Source: Tubulanus polymorphus (lineage: Eukaryota > Animalia > Nemertea). Taken from it: 64,000 nucleotides of DNA. The stretch is taken from the NCBI RefSeq assembly GCF_964204645.1, contig NC_134025.1:13020001-13084000 (forward strand), written 5' to 3'. The notes below the pieces were generated by a model that was not told the DNA's origin, made no database searches, and saw nothing but the letters and a program-made list of their open reading frames with translations. Both the position numbers and the translations under genes were made by a program. This document shows, in pieces, positions 25,808 to 39,140 of the stretch (its first letter is position 1; each line of letters begins with the position of its first letter).

Positions 25808-28800
25808 ATATTTTGAATTTTACTCGCGAAATAAGGATAGCAATAGTCGAATACAAATGAGTCCATGACAATGAGGTTTCGATTCTAAAAACTAAATGGC
25901 TGGAATAGAAAATTTGCTGTTATTCCCGCACCTATCCCCCAAATTGCCATAATAACTCTATCGGGGTGTGAATTCATGGCGGAAAGCGTAAGAAACATCG
26001 TAACGTGGTTGGAATAATTACATGAAAAGAACTAAGTTTACACTTCAAGCGCAAGCATTTCAATTCCCACGCATGCCTCGGTTGCGGCACAAAGTAGCCG
26101 ATAAAATGAATCTCACTGAATTTTAATCATAATTCAAAACTATAAATTTGCGAATATAGAAAACATTTGGGACCTCAGTACGCACGTATATCAGCCATAC
26201 TAATGATGACAAAGTACAGACATCAATGGTACTCGCAGACGCATTTTAACTCTGGATAACTTGTCAATTAGCGTTCAACACATAATAGTTACGATTTTGA
26301 TGATAAATTTTCAAACGAATGTGTGACCATGAGTGCCAGTAATTTGAACACTGAAATCCATTTATGCATAATCTGCGGCGAAAAATTAAGTACGCAAGTC
26401 ACGCACTTGAGAAATTCGATAACCAGAGTCAAGATACTTACGAGTACCAGGGAGAGTCTCGCACCTCCCTGCCCGTACGAACTAATACAGAGAAAATCGT
26501 TCCAAGCAATATTGAGAAAAAAGTCTTTATTTGATTATTTTACCATTATCTTTATATTCAGTTGTTGACAAAAATTCCGTTCTCGGAACTCAAATAAAAA
26601 AAATTATTAAAAAAAAGTTTTAATCCGTACTGGAGTTATCGAAATCATGTTTTTCAGTTCAATTCGAAATACATATTACAAAAATAACTCATGAATTAAG
26701 TCGCGGTAGTTTGTGAATGGAATTAAAATAGGCATCATCAAAGGTGGAATTTTGAGTCATAGAACTACCATACTACTTGAATGCATAAATCATGAATACA
26801 CGTTCGATTTGTCATAAAAAGTTTGACTATAAACTACTATTACTACTAAAACAGCAGTCAATCGACTACAACGTTTGAGTGAAGTTTAGACATTTTGCTA
26901 TGAAGCCTGCTTCATGAATTTGAATCAATTCCCACAACTTTTACACACTGGGTACATATGGATGGATGGGTTGTCATTGCTTAAGTTTCCAACTGCATAT
27001 CATTCCTGTGATCGTAATGACAATTTCATTGAAATCATTTTACTATATCGAAAAATGTGACTATTACAGCAGTTCTCTAGTGTTGTTTCATGAAAAACAT
27101 AACAGGTGGAAATAGCCATTGAATGAGAACTGTGATACTAAGTTCAAAGCAAAATCTCTATCATTTACCCAATCAAAATAAAATCTCTCAGTAAAAATTA
27201 TGATTTAAATGAACTTGAAACTTTATTTTAAGTTTTGGCAGATTCTGATCTGGTTGAAATATTAATGCAAAAGATAATTGCGTTGAGACCACAATCGAAG
27301 AGTGAAATACCGGTTCGATCAGCGGCCAAAACGTCATATCTATGTATCATTATGATTTATGAATAGGGAAAGTCGACACGTGATCTTTTTCGTTGTAAAT
27401 GTCTCAGGACAATCAAAACTGACTTGTACTCGACATTCACTTTGATTTAATGATTTTATCAATACTGAAAAAGGGTACTTCACTCGTGGCAAAATTGCTA
27501 TGGGACAATTAAAGTTAGTCCTCGGCTCATCTTGTTAACAAGTTCATTTCTCGTTTCCATCAGATGAAAAACTCCCCGAGGTCATTTCAGCCGGAATGGC
27601 ACTTTCGAACATTTATAATCAATATTTGTTTTCTTCGCGCAATTCCATTTTGCGACGCTGGCGCAGGCAGCCAGTGTCTTTCCTGCCGCGCAAATGATGG
27701 ATGACCACAGCACTAAAGAAATAGCCAAGATTTGCAATATTGAATTTCCATCGTGTCTTATATGGGATTAGTAAAAGCAATAAGTCTGATGAATCTCAGA
27801 TGGTTCCATTTTAGCATGAACATTTTTTGGCAACATTTTTCCTCGTTATTGAAAAAAGTGCCAGCAGTTCTCTGAATCAAGAGTATTGCACAATAAAATG
27901 TTACCAAGAATAAATCTTATATAGCAGAGCAGTAAGATACAAATGAATGCAATAAGTCTCTCAAAGTCAAATTGAAATATTTCCTTTCATAAATCACCAA
28001 TCACTGATTGAAACAGTATATATGATAAATGAAATAATGTATACTGCTACATATCTCATCTAATTATTAACAACAACAAAAATACTCCGGTCAAACTTGT
28101 AAATTCCCAAATAAAAAGCAGCTTTTGAACCTCCATATAGTATCCCCCACATTAATAATGAATTATCATCATTATTGCTGTTATGCATTATCATCATATC
28201 AGATTAGGTACCTGTATGAAATATTTGTACATTGTACGTAGTAGTTGAATAAAATTAAATGTTGAAAAAAAACCATTTGTTCCTATTTGTTGAAACTCTA
28301 TTGAATATAACCTTGGAGTAATCATTTGAAATGATTACTCCAAGATATTACAGTGGTAGGTATAGGCAGGCAAGCAAGAGGTGGTATAAGTGCGCATAAC
28401 TTTCCTATCAAAGTTTATGGCTGATGTTCGTGTGCTTGTATCTGGTGAAGTGGTATTACCCTGTGATGTAAGCGACTATACGCTAATGATGCAAATCACA
28501 TTCTATATTCGAAAAAATAAGCCGGCTCAAAATGATTTTCACTTCCTGTCTTCTGCATTTTTGCATAAGCGCGGCAAGATAAAGATGGGGCAAAAACATT
28601 TTCTATACCACGCATCACGAGTTCAATACTCAGAACAGATGTTTTTCCCATGTTGGATAGAAACCTTTTATGAATTGAGATTGTTCGGCTGGCCTGCATT
28701 CGAAGCTTTGAATTACAAACCAGTATTCATCGGTGATCGGGACAAAATCGATTAATATTGTTGGTACACTTCAAAAATCGCAAAAGGAAATGAAATTGTG

Positions 28801-31316
28801 GACACATGAATTGTCAATATTGAAAACTTCTTTCCATTTTTGAATGATCAGTTTCAGAAATGATCGAGAAGTCGGCAAGAGATGTTCTAGTGTTTCGTGT
28901 ACGAGATAATTTCACAAAAATGGCATTGACTTATAGTTAAATCTTATCGTCCCAATACATCGCATCTTTAACATAATAAAGAATAGCCCGCAAATCCACT
29001 CAAGCATTAATGATACGAAACTTCATTTTGAAGATACCAGAACCAAATTCGTTGCCGGGAAGCGTTATTCAAATAAGTTATGATGAGATAAGCATTTTTA
29101 ATATGAATAGCGCGGCTTTAGTGATCTCGGCGCGGAGACGTGGGCATATACTTGTAGTCATTTTCTAGATAGCTTTGAGACTCAAATTAATCCCCAAATT
29201 CATTCTGATCTCTCCCATCATAATCTTCATAAAACGCACAAATGAGAAAGTAGAAAAAGAACATCCATCAATGCCAGATTGCGAAGCCGGGCAAATGACC
29301 CTTGTATCTGCGGGATATGTCTTCATTGAGATTAGGTTGCGCCGCTGCGCACATAATGCGCCGAAGAATTATATACCCACCTCTCATGAACTATTGGAAT
29401 TTCTGAATCGCATTATGCAAATCAGGCAAGATTACTCGTTAGTTTTTTTTGCATGTAGTAATCTAATGTGCTCAGATGCAAAACGTTTTCTGCATCATCA
29501 TTGCTTGCCACTGAAGCTTCCCCCTACCTAAATGCATTAACTTGAAAATATCTACAATCTTTTCATTTCCTAATCGAATCATGGGTGGAAAACATGCTGT
29601 TCCGCGACAATATGAGAAACAGATATCAATTCAACGACAATAGAATCATCATCTTATGTACATACTGACGTCATGTTTATGATCTAATGGCATTAACATC
29701 GAAAAAAGTTGAGCTAACAACTCTCATAAACATGATCTGGACAAACTTTAGATTGTCATAAGTGGGCCAAAAATGGTGTATATTTGCCATGGAAGTGACA
29801 CCATTCTTCGACGTACTGTTGTCATGTTAAGAGCCCCCATTGTAGAACCATTGAAATGTAACTGTGACATCGATAGGGTACTTGCTTTCGATAAATTGAC
29901 AGGCGTAAAATATACGCAACTCTTGACAAGAGGAACAAGAGCATCTCACAAAATATACTATACATACATGTAAGTATATATAGTGGCCTTTTCACCAGAT
30001 TTCCTGAATCATTCATTCAATAGTAATAGTTATTCACTCCACGATCATCATTGATAAAAAAAAACACTGGCAATGAAGCAAAGATGATATGAAATTCCAC
30101 ACTTTATCATTTATCATTTCATTTCATAAATATTGTTCCGCAACGATTATTATACACAATGATGGAAGTACAGTGAAACACAGCCTTACACATACATGCC
30201 TAAATAACCAATGTATTTTCTCTACATTCTCTACTATTGGTACCCACAATTGTGAAGTGAAAAAGTACTCCTAGGATGCTCTGCTTAAAATATTTTTTAG
30301 TTCCGTCACTTTTCATGTTGTATATTATACCTAGTTTCAAAAATACATGTATTTTTGCTACTTTGTATCACATCCTATAGCTTGTTCTGGACTCAATGTA
30401 AGTACAACACTGAAGATGACTATTAGGATAAATATTAGCTGAAAGATTCCCGATTATATTATAATCTTAGTGTGAGGTTTTATATTCACTCCATGGTCAA
30501 AATAAATGCTAGTTTCTAGACTGAATTATGAACTGACCATTAACCTCACAATTTTCAACTATAACTTATATAGTTCTCAATGAAATCATAAGTGTAATTT
30601 CGAAATCGAATTTAGAGATGTTGAAAACTGGAAATTCAAAAATGTCTCCAGAAAATTGAATACATATTAACAGGAACTAATCACACAACAGAAAATACAC
30701 ATGTTACCCAAAAGCCTAATTCCAAAACATAAAAGCCAGGCAAATGGTAATCTTCTTCAGTAATTTTTGCCGAATAACAAGGGAATTCTATTTTAGCTAG
30801 GAATTGCCTGTCAGACATGGCCATTTCTGGAGAAACAAGTTCGTTTTTCATTGGATTAAGATGATTGATGACACCCAATGCAGCATCTCGGCATTGGGTT
30901 TCCAAACAAATTCTGTCAATATTATGTTTACAAAACTCAAATTGGATTTTGCGTCCTGCGGGCACCAGCACAGATTTATTATTATTTTTCGGCTAGACTA
31001 GGTCCCTAACTTCATGCAATTGACAACCGAAACATCAGAAAAAATGGTTAAAAATTGTAAAAATGAATCTGGCAAATGGTAAAATGGTTAGAACGCGTGC
31101 ATGCTTAGAAATCTTTTACTGCCGCGCCATGACATGACAAATAAATTCTTATAACAATGAGAAACAGTGATACCAGTGCGGATTCACTACATCAAACACA
31201 TGCCGGACACCAACTTTATAACTTATGAGCAGGATAGCATTAAATATCAGTCAGATTTGTTGAATGCAGTTAAAATGCATGAATAAATTGATATGATTTG
31301 TCAATCATTTTCTGAC

Positions 31317-31462
31317 AAGATGGAATTTAAACGTAAGGCCACTGATTTTAATGACAGACATCAAACAAGAATTGATCAAAATCATCAGACTTAAGATGAA
31401 ATTCAAATAGTAGGTCACCGATTTTAATGACAGACTTCAAACGAAAATTGATCAAAATCATC
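31317..31462. repeat. 76-bp-period tandem duplication (about 2 copies); each copy contains TAATGACAG
   Basis: Copy 1 starts at 31317 (aagatggaatttaaacgtaaggccactgattttaatgacagacatcaaacaagaattgatcaaaatcatc). Copy 2 starts at 31393 (aagatgaaattcaaatagtaggtcaccgattttaatgacagacttcaaacgaaaattgatcaaaatcatc). Confidence 0.9.
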
Positions 31463-31529
31463 CTACATAATAACTTGACCTACCATATTGAACCGATTAA
31501 CTGCACAATAGATAATTCAATCAACTTAC

Positions 31530-31678
31530 TGTTAAATGTTGAAAGAGCCAGGCTCTCATTATATTGGTAGCAACTTTTGGAAATATGCCACGTTTCTTTT
31601 GGCGTTTTTGGGCTCGTTCATCATTCTCCTCATCAGCGGTACCCTCTCCCGAACCAACACTGTTATCTAAACCATCAC
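31530..31678 (-). CDS. Meis: Meis/hth coding exon (exon 8 equivalent): (G)[49 protein letters not shown], homeodomain N-arm and helix 1
   Basis: Near-identical to the Meis motifs GDGLDNSV and [23 protein letters not shown]. Acceptor is tatatttttcag|GT and donor is ACA|gtaagt. Length 149 nt. Confidence 0.98.
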
Positions 31679-33827
31679 CTGAAAAATATAGACATGCATA
31701 ATATTTAAAAAAAATAATTGGAAGCAAAAATCATTTCAAAACTATATATCATCTACTGAAACAATATTTATGAGCAAATACTTCCGAAATCAAATCTTAC
31801 ATAAAACTTAGAATATTTAGAAGCGAAAATATCGAAATAAATTTCATTTCCGAATTTGATTAATAAAATTTAGGTTTAATCATATATATTTCCTTCAATT
31901 AGTTATCCTCTTAACAATTCACACTGCCGAAACACTCAAAATCAAATCTTGCTTTAGCAAACATATTTGGGAGAAAAATTGTCCTAACACGAAATGTATG
32001 AATTATCGAATTGAAATTGAATTCTCAAGACAACCAAACTGATGCAAAATCAAATATGTGTTCGTTTGTGGTAAACGGTTTTTTTTTGTAATTCTGCCAC
32101 ACGAAGAATCAATTATTCAACACTGATGGTGGGTTTTTACATATAACAAAGCTCTATTGCAAATCTCTTGAAGTGGCTATCAAGACTTGTCAACTGAAAA
32201 CTGATTGTGGGTCATCTGATACGAATTCATGTCTCATAAAAACTCGATTTCAAACACACGAAATCCCCACAATCGGTCCTTTTTCACGGCTGTGCAGGAC
32301 ATGGTAACACGAAACTATCAAGTATTCAATTTCAGATGCAATAATTTGCTTGCACTACCGACCTTCTTAAAATCAGTGTATGAATTGCCTGTCAACTTAC
32401 AAGTACATATCATATTATTATATTCTGCTAAATCATTATCAAAACTGAAAAACATATTTTTCCTTTCAGAATGATAATTCATAAATACCAAAATCCCAAC
32501 AAAATAAGTACTTTTCAAATGATAATAACTACACTGATAATTCAGATTATGCTAATTTATCAGCATAACTTAACCAGAAGGCTACCAATTTCCCATGGTC
32601 CCTTAAATCTGAGAAACGACATTAAAATTAAAGGCCTCATTTCATCACACTGTTTGCCTAATATTTTACCTCTATTTTTGTAGGGTTTTCGTGACATCCT
32701 TTGATTTGCAAGTTTAACTTGAAAAACAAAATCGTTCTGCTCTAGCCGCTCTATGAAAAATATATTGACTTATCTTCCAACTTGTACGCTGTTGACTCCA
32801 ACACCAAACAAAGCAACACTCCAGGTCAGTTTTCTCGTCAAATATTGAAAGAGGATTTTGGCAAATATTTCTAAATTGACTCAATGAATGAATTTTTATG
32901 AAATATCCAAAGAAAGCCTTATCTTTGCACAAACTCTGGCTGACCAGTTTCCCACACTCTCAGAAATCAGAAATGCAGAAGTTTATTCCATGAGTTCCAG
33001 CGAACTATCTGTCTCTCCAGTCAAGTGAATTGGTAGAACTATGTACCTTTTCCTTTGCCCAAGTGTCCAATTGTGTTACTTAACAAAGGTCAACTGATTG
33101 AGCAATTAAAGCGATCAAATATCCCCCTATGGGCGTAGAATTCTTAAGCCACTCTCAAGGAAAATGAGGTGCACACGCCTCTGTACAAATAAGTGTAAAT
33201 ACATGTCACATGCAGGCCATGGTTCAGGCATGTGTTCATCATTTAATGGACAAAAGAGACAACAGTGAAGTTCTGGGCAAGACAGCTAAATGATGTAACA
33301 AAATGACCAATGGAGACAACACCCAACTTCAATAAGAGAATAATGCCAGTAGGAAGGAGTCAGCCATGACAACATTCTAACCCTAATCATAACAATGAAC
33401 AGTTAGAAAGGAACACATGCCCCACAATATTTAATTCGCCTAATGCTAATTTGAAATTGAACTGGCTTAATTCTAACTGCACGCTCAACAAAGACAGGTA
33501 TTTGGACTACGGATTGGATTCAAACTGATCCCTGATCTTCTAACAGACGACTGGGTTTGGATTGGAATAGCGTGCAAATATCCGCCCAAAATAATACACA
33601 CAATGACATCAACTTGAATGACTGAAATCGCAACATTAGATCGATCGTGGGTTTTAAAATGACTCTTCTTCAGTATCCCAATTCATAATGAATTAAAAGT
33701 TAAACAACAATGGAAACAACTAAATCTGAATCTAATGCTAACCCTTTCAAGGCTGGTTATAGTTAGGAATTATCCTTTAGGAAATTTAAGTTGCATTAGT
33801 GGCATAGTGTGCATAGCACCACGCGAA

Positions 33828-33856
33828 GTACACTGTACACTGTACATTGTACATTC
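33828..33856. repeat. 7-bp tandem repeat (gtacaYt) x4
   Basis: gtacactgtacactgtacattgtacatt. Confidence 0.8.
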
Positions 33857-35637
33857 ATAGTAAAATAATATGTGGACATAAATCACCGTTAATAGTGCCT
33901 GGTTATCTAGTGGTATATTCTGTCAGGAATGGTTGTAAATACTGACATATGATTATGCTACCTGACGAGGCATTCATTAATTATTAGTCAATAAGTTGTC
34001 ACACTATCAGGCTAATACGGTTTGATGAACCACAAAATCACTCCAGCCTGTCAGCAAAACTGCTTCACACACATTTTAACTGCCTCCGATAATTTATTGC
34101 TCAGTTGCCTTCTTCATCTTAACCGGCAACGTACCATCATCTACAACGCTGACCAGTTTATAGTATAGGCCCAATCCACAGCACCTTAATATCCATCGAG
34201 GAATACGAGATACATATACATTTTATTTTGCTCTACCAACCATCAACATACATAATTCAATGAAATTAATCCAATACGCAATTAACCTAATTCTCAATTA
34301 ATTATACCTATAATTCAATTTTAGTGGTTTCTACTATCTGATAAATTATGAATCAAACATAAGCTACTCAATTCCTGAATTTAAGCCTATTTACCATAAC
34401 GACCGGGATCGCTTAAAATTCGTGAATCTGAAATTTATTCAAAATTCTGAATAGATTCTGAACTGACTCAGTGACATAGATGTTTGCCATTGGGATTGGT
34501 ATATATTATGTACACATGTACATATGAAAATTGTACTCAAAATGTAATAAATAGGTTTGAATACTAGAGTATTAATTTCTAAAGCAAGTACTTCACCAAG
34601 TTAATATACACAGTCATCAGCCATTTCTACGAGCCTGATCCAGACAACAATGTATTATGCCGGGTAATCGAGGACCCGTGTCTAACCGGTTGAAATTTTG
34701 AAAAGTTACAAGGTGGCCTGTTCAGGAAAAGCATGGCCACTGGAGCAGCTGGAAAAATTGTTTTCTAGGTATAAGGAGATACAAGGTATTAGCATAACAA
34801 TCGAACAATGAAATGTGCGTAATTATACATGTTTGACATTGACGCCAGTCAAGAAATTACGTATTGACTTCAAGTTTTTTCAGTCTAATGCGGACTATGC
34901 GGCTAATCATTTTTCTAGCAGGAATTGAAATTAGACAAGCCCCAATGGAAACATCTTCTATTCAGAACATACTATGACGTAAGAAGACAACATGTCAGAA
35001 ATGAATTGGAATTAAAGGAAAAAACTTTTTTCGTTTAAATGAATAAAACAGGCAGAAAGAATGAATAATGCACCTACTTGTAATAATTTTCCTATCAGAG
35101 CAAGTGTATCCGAATGGCATGTTTTCTGAAATTATACAAAAGTGATTCGGATGATGAGTGTTTGCATGGAAAAAGTGGTAGTATTAAATTTATAGTAGTA
35201 GTTGTTGTAGTAGTTACAGTAATATAACAGTAGTTGTAACAATTGTCACCATTTTGACGATGCCTTAGTATCGAAAAGCGTTCACTTAAGTTTCGTATAA
35301 TCGTAAACAAATTTCAAAAACGGAAACCAATCTCAATTAATGATAATGCAAATTTGAACCTCTCCTTCGACTTTAAAAAATGGAATGTTGTTTCTGAGAT
35401 GGAATATGCAGATAGAATACTCGCACTAGGCCCTTGAAAAAAACGAGAGTAACGAGTTATAAACAGAGTAGAAGACAAAGCGATGGCCATTGGCGCAGCA
35501 AATTCCGTAAAAAACATCAAGAAACAATCGACGACTGAACAGGAAATTTGTTAATTCGTTTTCGTAAAAAGATAGTCATCTGATGACTGCGCAAAGTGTA
35601 CACGCCAAATGATTGCTTCCTTGATCTGAGCTCTAAA

Positions 35638-35717
35638 TGACAGTAGCCTTCCGTTGGCCAAGGTGTGACAGCAGGCACAGTGAAGGATATGCCTTTAACT
35701 ACCGTCTAATGACAGCT
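35638..35717. promoter_or_regulatory. Candidate enhancer: three co-oriented TGACAG in 80 bp
   Basis: Sites at 35638, 35666 and 35710. Confidence 0.4.
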
Positions 35718-37932
35718 GAACTACTTCTGCTGCTGATAATGACGATTGCGACACCGGAGGCGCAGACGACATCCATACCCCGTCTAAACTCTCCAACCAC
35801 CACTCGAATTCAAGCTGCATTAAAAAGATTCTTTAAATATTCAAAACTTATAAGACAGGGATGTGCAGTCTTCATATCTTATACAAAACCTGGATAATGC
35901 CACTCGAGGGTACTGAGCAGTTTCACGCGAGGGTTTGAAAACATAAACACAAGTGACCTGTAAGTGACATAAATTTGGCAGAAGTAGTCGATTTCTTACT
36001 CCTGAATGAGTGTCTTAAAAGCTAGATAAGCCCATATATATTTTAAGATCATGTCATATCAGGAGTCACAGATTATTATTCCCAAGTAAAGATGCATCAC
36101 TGCATCATCAACTTGAAGAGAACTTCATCTTGGTAAAGATAACATTTACGTTGTGACATCCGGCATTTTAGAGAATTCAACTAGCATCTATTGCCCTGGT
36201 TTTGACAAAAATAACTGCATCAATGTACTATACATATTTCAGCAAATTCTTTGGTCTCAAAATAAAAAACCAAACAAAAAAGCCACAGATATTGTACCCA
36301 TACGAATATAAACAACAAGCCATACACATTCTGTCGGCTTACTCATTTCTTCTCAAAATCAAAAACAAAAGAGAAAAAGCCATAGAAATTTTCCATTCGT
36401 GAGATTTTCAATGAAAAGGACATATTGATATTTCTGTCAATGTTTTCATTTGCACAGCATGGTGGGACACAGGACTCATCGGGATTTTCAGTTCAGATAC
36501 AGTGAGAACAGATTCTTGTTGACAGTAGTATGCTCGAGTGAGTAGAGGTTGACCTCTCCTCGCCAACCACATAATAATAACCTGTCAAATGTTTCAGCGT
36601 TGTTGGACTATTCATGAAATGGAGACAGAGAGATTCGCCGCTGAGGATTCATATATTTGCATTTATCTCCCATGAGCAGTGAAGTACTCTTCGCGGGAAG
36701 CTACCGCTACGTAAAACCAACGATTCAGGTATATTCTAGTGGAGGATTTTTAGGGTTCGAAATAAAAGTTGATTTCAAAATAACCCGAACGGCTCACACT
36801 GAACATAAAGCTGCTAACATTAGATATTCTTATTTAGTTTTTAAGATGATATTTCTATTGCATCAGGTTCCAATTCTGGCAGTTCAAGTCCTACTTTTGG
36901 AATACAGCAGTAAGTTGCCTCTGCAAATGAAAATAAAAAGCAATCCAATCATTTTCATTTAAAAGCCCTCATTTCTGCAGGTTTCCATATGTGAACAAGT
37001 AGAGGGCCCATCTGGCCACTTAATGGAAAATGTGTTCAGATGGTTTTCTAAAATCTGCAACTGTAAATTCATGCACAGCTACATTTTGGGGTAACAATCA
37101 TTGCATCACCTGCCCAATACAACAACTACTTTTCTTGAATGAACTGCAATGATTGAAAAGTCATTTCTTTTGATTTGTAAATCTACTCGATGTTCTTCTT
37201 AGAAATGATCAGCAGAAAAATCAACAACGAATGGCTGATAAAGAAAACGAATCTAGTTTCTATGAATTTTTTCCCATCTAGATTCATCAATCCTAATAAA
37301 CATGAAATCCTGTGTGATAGACAGAAGTCAAGGTATAAATTGGCCAAAGAACCACCCTTTGGTCTAATCGTAACTAGTACTTTTTTGTTACAAATTACAG
37401 TAATAAGAAGCATACATGAAAATATATGAAGATGTATGTGGCTGCATACATCATATCACCAGCTGATTGCAGTGCACAACCACAGTAATTGTATCTTTCT
37501 TATATAAACTATCCGACCAGAAGAGCCTGTTTTTCGTTATTTATCAATCGGCGGCCTCTTTTTACTCACTTGGCCTTTGCCCTCATGTGGAAAAATATTC
37601 TGCGCACTCGCTGTTTTGTGAAATCTTATCCCCTAGACAGCGAGATCCGAAATTACCACATGGATCCAGATAAACATAAGATAATGAAATCAGGTCATAT
37701 CTGCAGCAGTGTATTTTAAGGTTCATTCAAAAGGTGCAAGAAAAAAATTCAAAAAAGTCATAAAATAAAGAAATCCATTGTTTAATCTTTACAAGTCATG
37801 ATCACACAGTTTTTTACCGTGCAATATTTTTCAGACTTTCCAAATGATTCTGATTCAGAAAACAGAAACTGGGAGATTTTCACCCAAGCATCACATATTG
37901 ACTCATATGGCCATCCATCAAGTAGAAAAGTC

Positions 37933-39140
37933 CTGTCAGAATTTCTCACATCACAAATGAAGGCTTTTACTCTGTGTCAATCAGCTAAATAACTCAAAGC
38001 TGAAACAGTACACAAAATTACTACCTTATGAGAAATTAAAAGAATGAAATTCATCAAAATAGATAGGACAAGTGATTGGAATCATATCAATGATAACAGA
38101 CATGTTACAGATACGACTAAGGGAGCGATAGCTTTTCGCCGAGAAATTCATATATTCTCTAATGATTCATAGGAAGCACAGGCAGAAACAATTGACGCGA
38201 GGACAGAAACCTGTCATAATCTTGGAAGAAAGTTTGGGTACGGATCTCAAGGGGGATAACAGGAATAGAGCTGTCAAATTTTGACGTGTCCCCAACTGTC
38301 CCTCTTAGAGAAAACAACGGCCGGCATTGTTGTACATCAAAGTCCCGCTGTTCAAATATCCACTGATGAAGTTTTTCAATTTAGACGCGAGGCGCCCAGC
38401 GACTTCTACGAACAAATAAAAAATCCTACTAAATTGCGACGACGGATTATATATTTCGACGTAGAAGAGCACCGAATATGCAAATGGGGCTGTACCCTTA
38501 TGCAAATATGGCCAACCCTCTGAATAGAGAGCTGTCAAAATCTGGGTGATGAATCCCGAAATGATAGTCTTCCGGGTAAATGTGTCAAACGAATGCAGTC
38601 AGTCTCATGGCCTTAGCCCTATTTATTGAAATTCAAAGTAGTCGACTTAAATTAGGAGCTTGTCACATTGAGCCCCATTGGGGAACATGAAAACAATAGA
38701 ATGGTCTGTCAATTCAAGCTGCTTACAGGGGTAAGGTGTGACACTGATTTGCTGGTTGAATGGAAATTTCATCCAATTCAATACATCTCCTGACAAATTC
38801 ACATTTATAAATTTCAAAAAGCCATTTCTGTATGAGTACATTTCTGTATGAGCCAATGGTTGAAATTCATAGGATAAGAAAGTCAAAATCGACTAGATTC
38901 GAAATATTTTCATCATTGAATAACTTTTGTTTCTATCTTAACTCACAAACAGTCAATCTCTCTGGCAACATGTCATCTGGAAAAATGAAGACAACATTAC
39001 CATTTATTTCGAACATTCATCTTCTTCAAACTCCGTCAAATTTGACAGCTGACTTAAATCAGGCTTAGAACATTGTAAGAAATTAGTCCCGGCAGATTAA
39101 AAAATTTCCAAATGAACAAGCGTGCGCTGATGTTGACAGA
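37933..39140. promoter_or_regulatory. Candidate enhancer: TGACAG cluster with paired octamer motifs
   Basis: About 7 TGACAG/CTGTCA, including TGACAGCT at 38269, 38530 and 39043; ATGCAAAT at 38478 and 38500; TGATTGACA (rc) at 37975. Confidence 0.4.

Noticed and set aside
33900-33916. Partial match to miR-9 (tggttatctag); also agataaccaaa at about 11516
   Set aside because: Only 11 nt, the seed is not intact and there is no hairpin; expected by chance.
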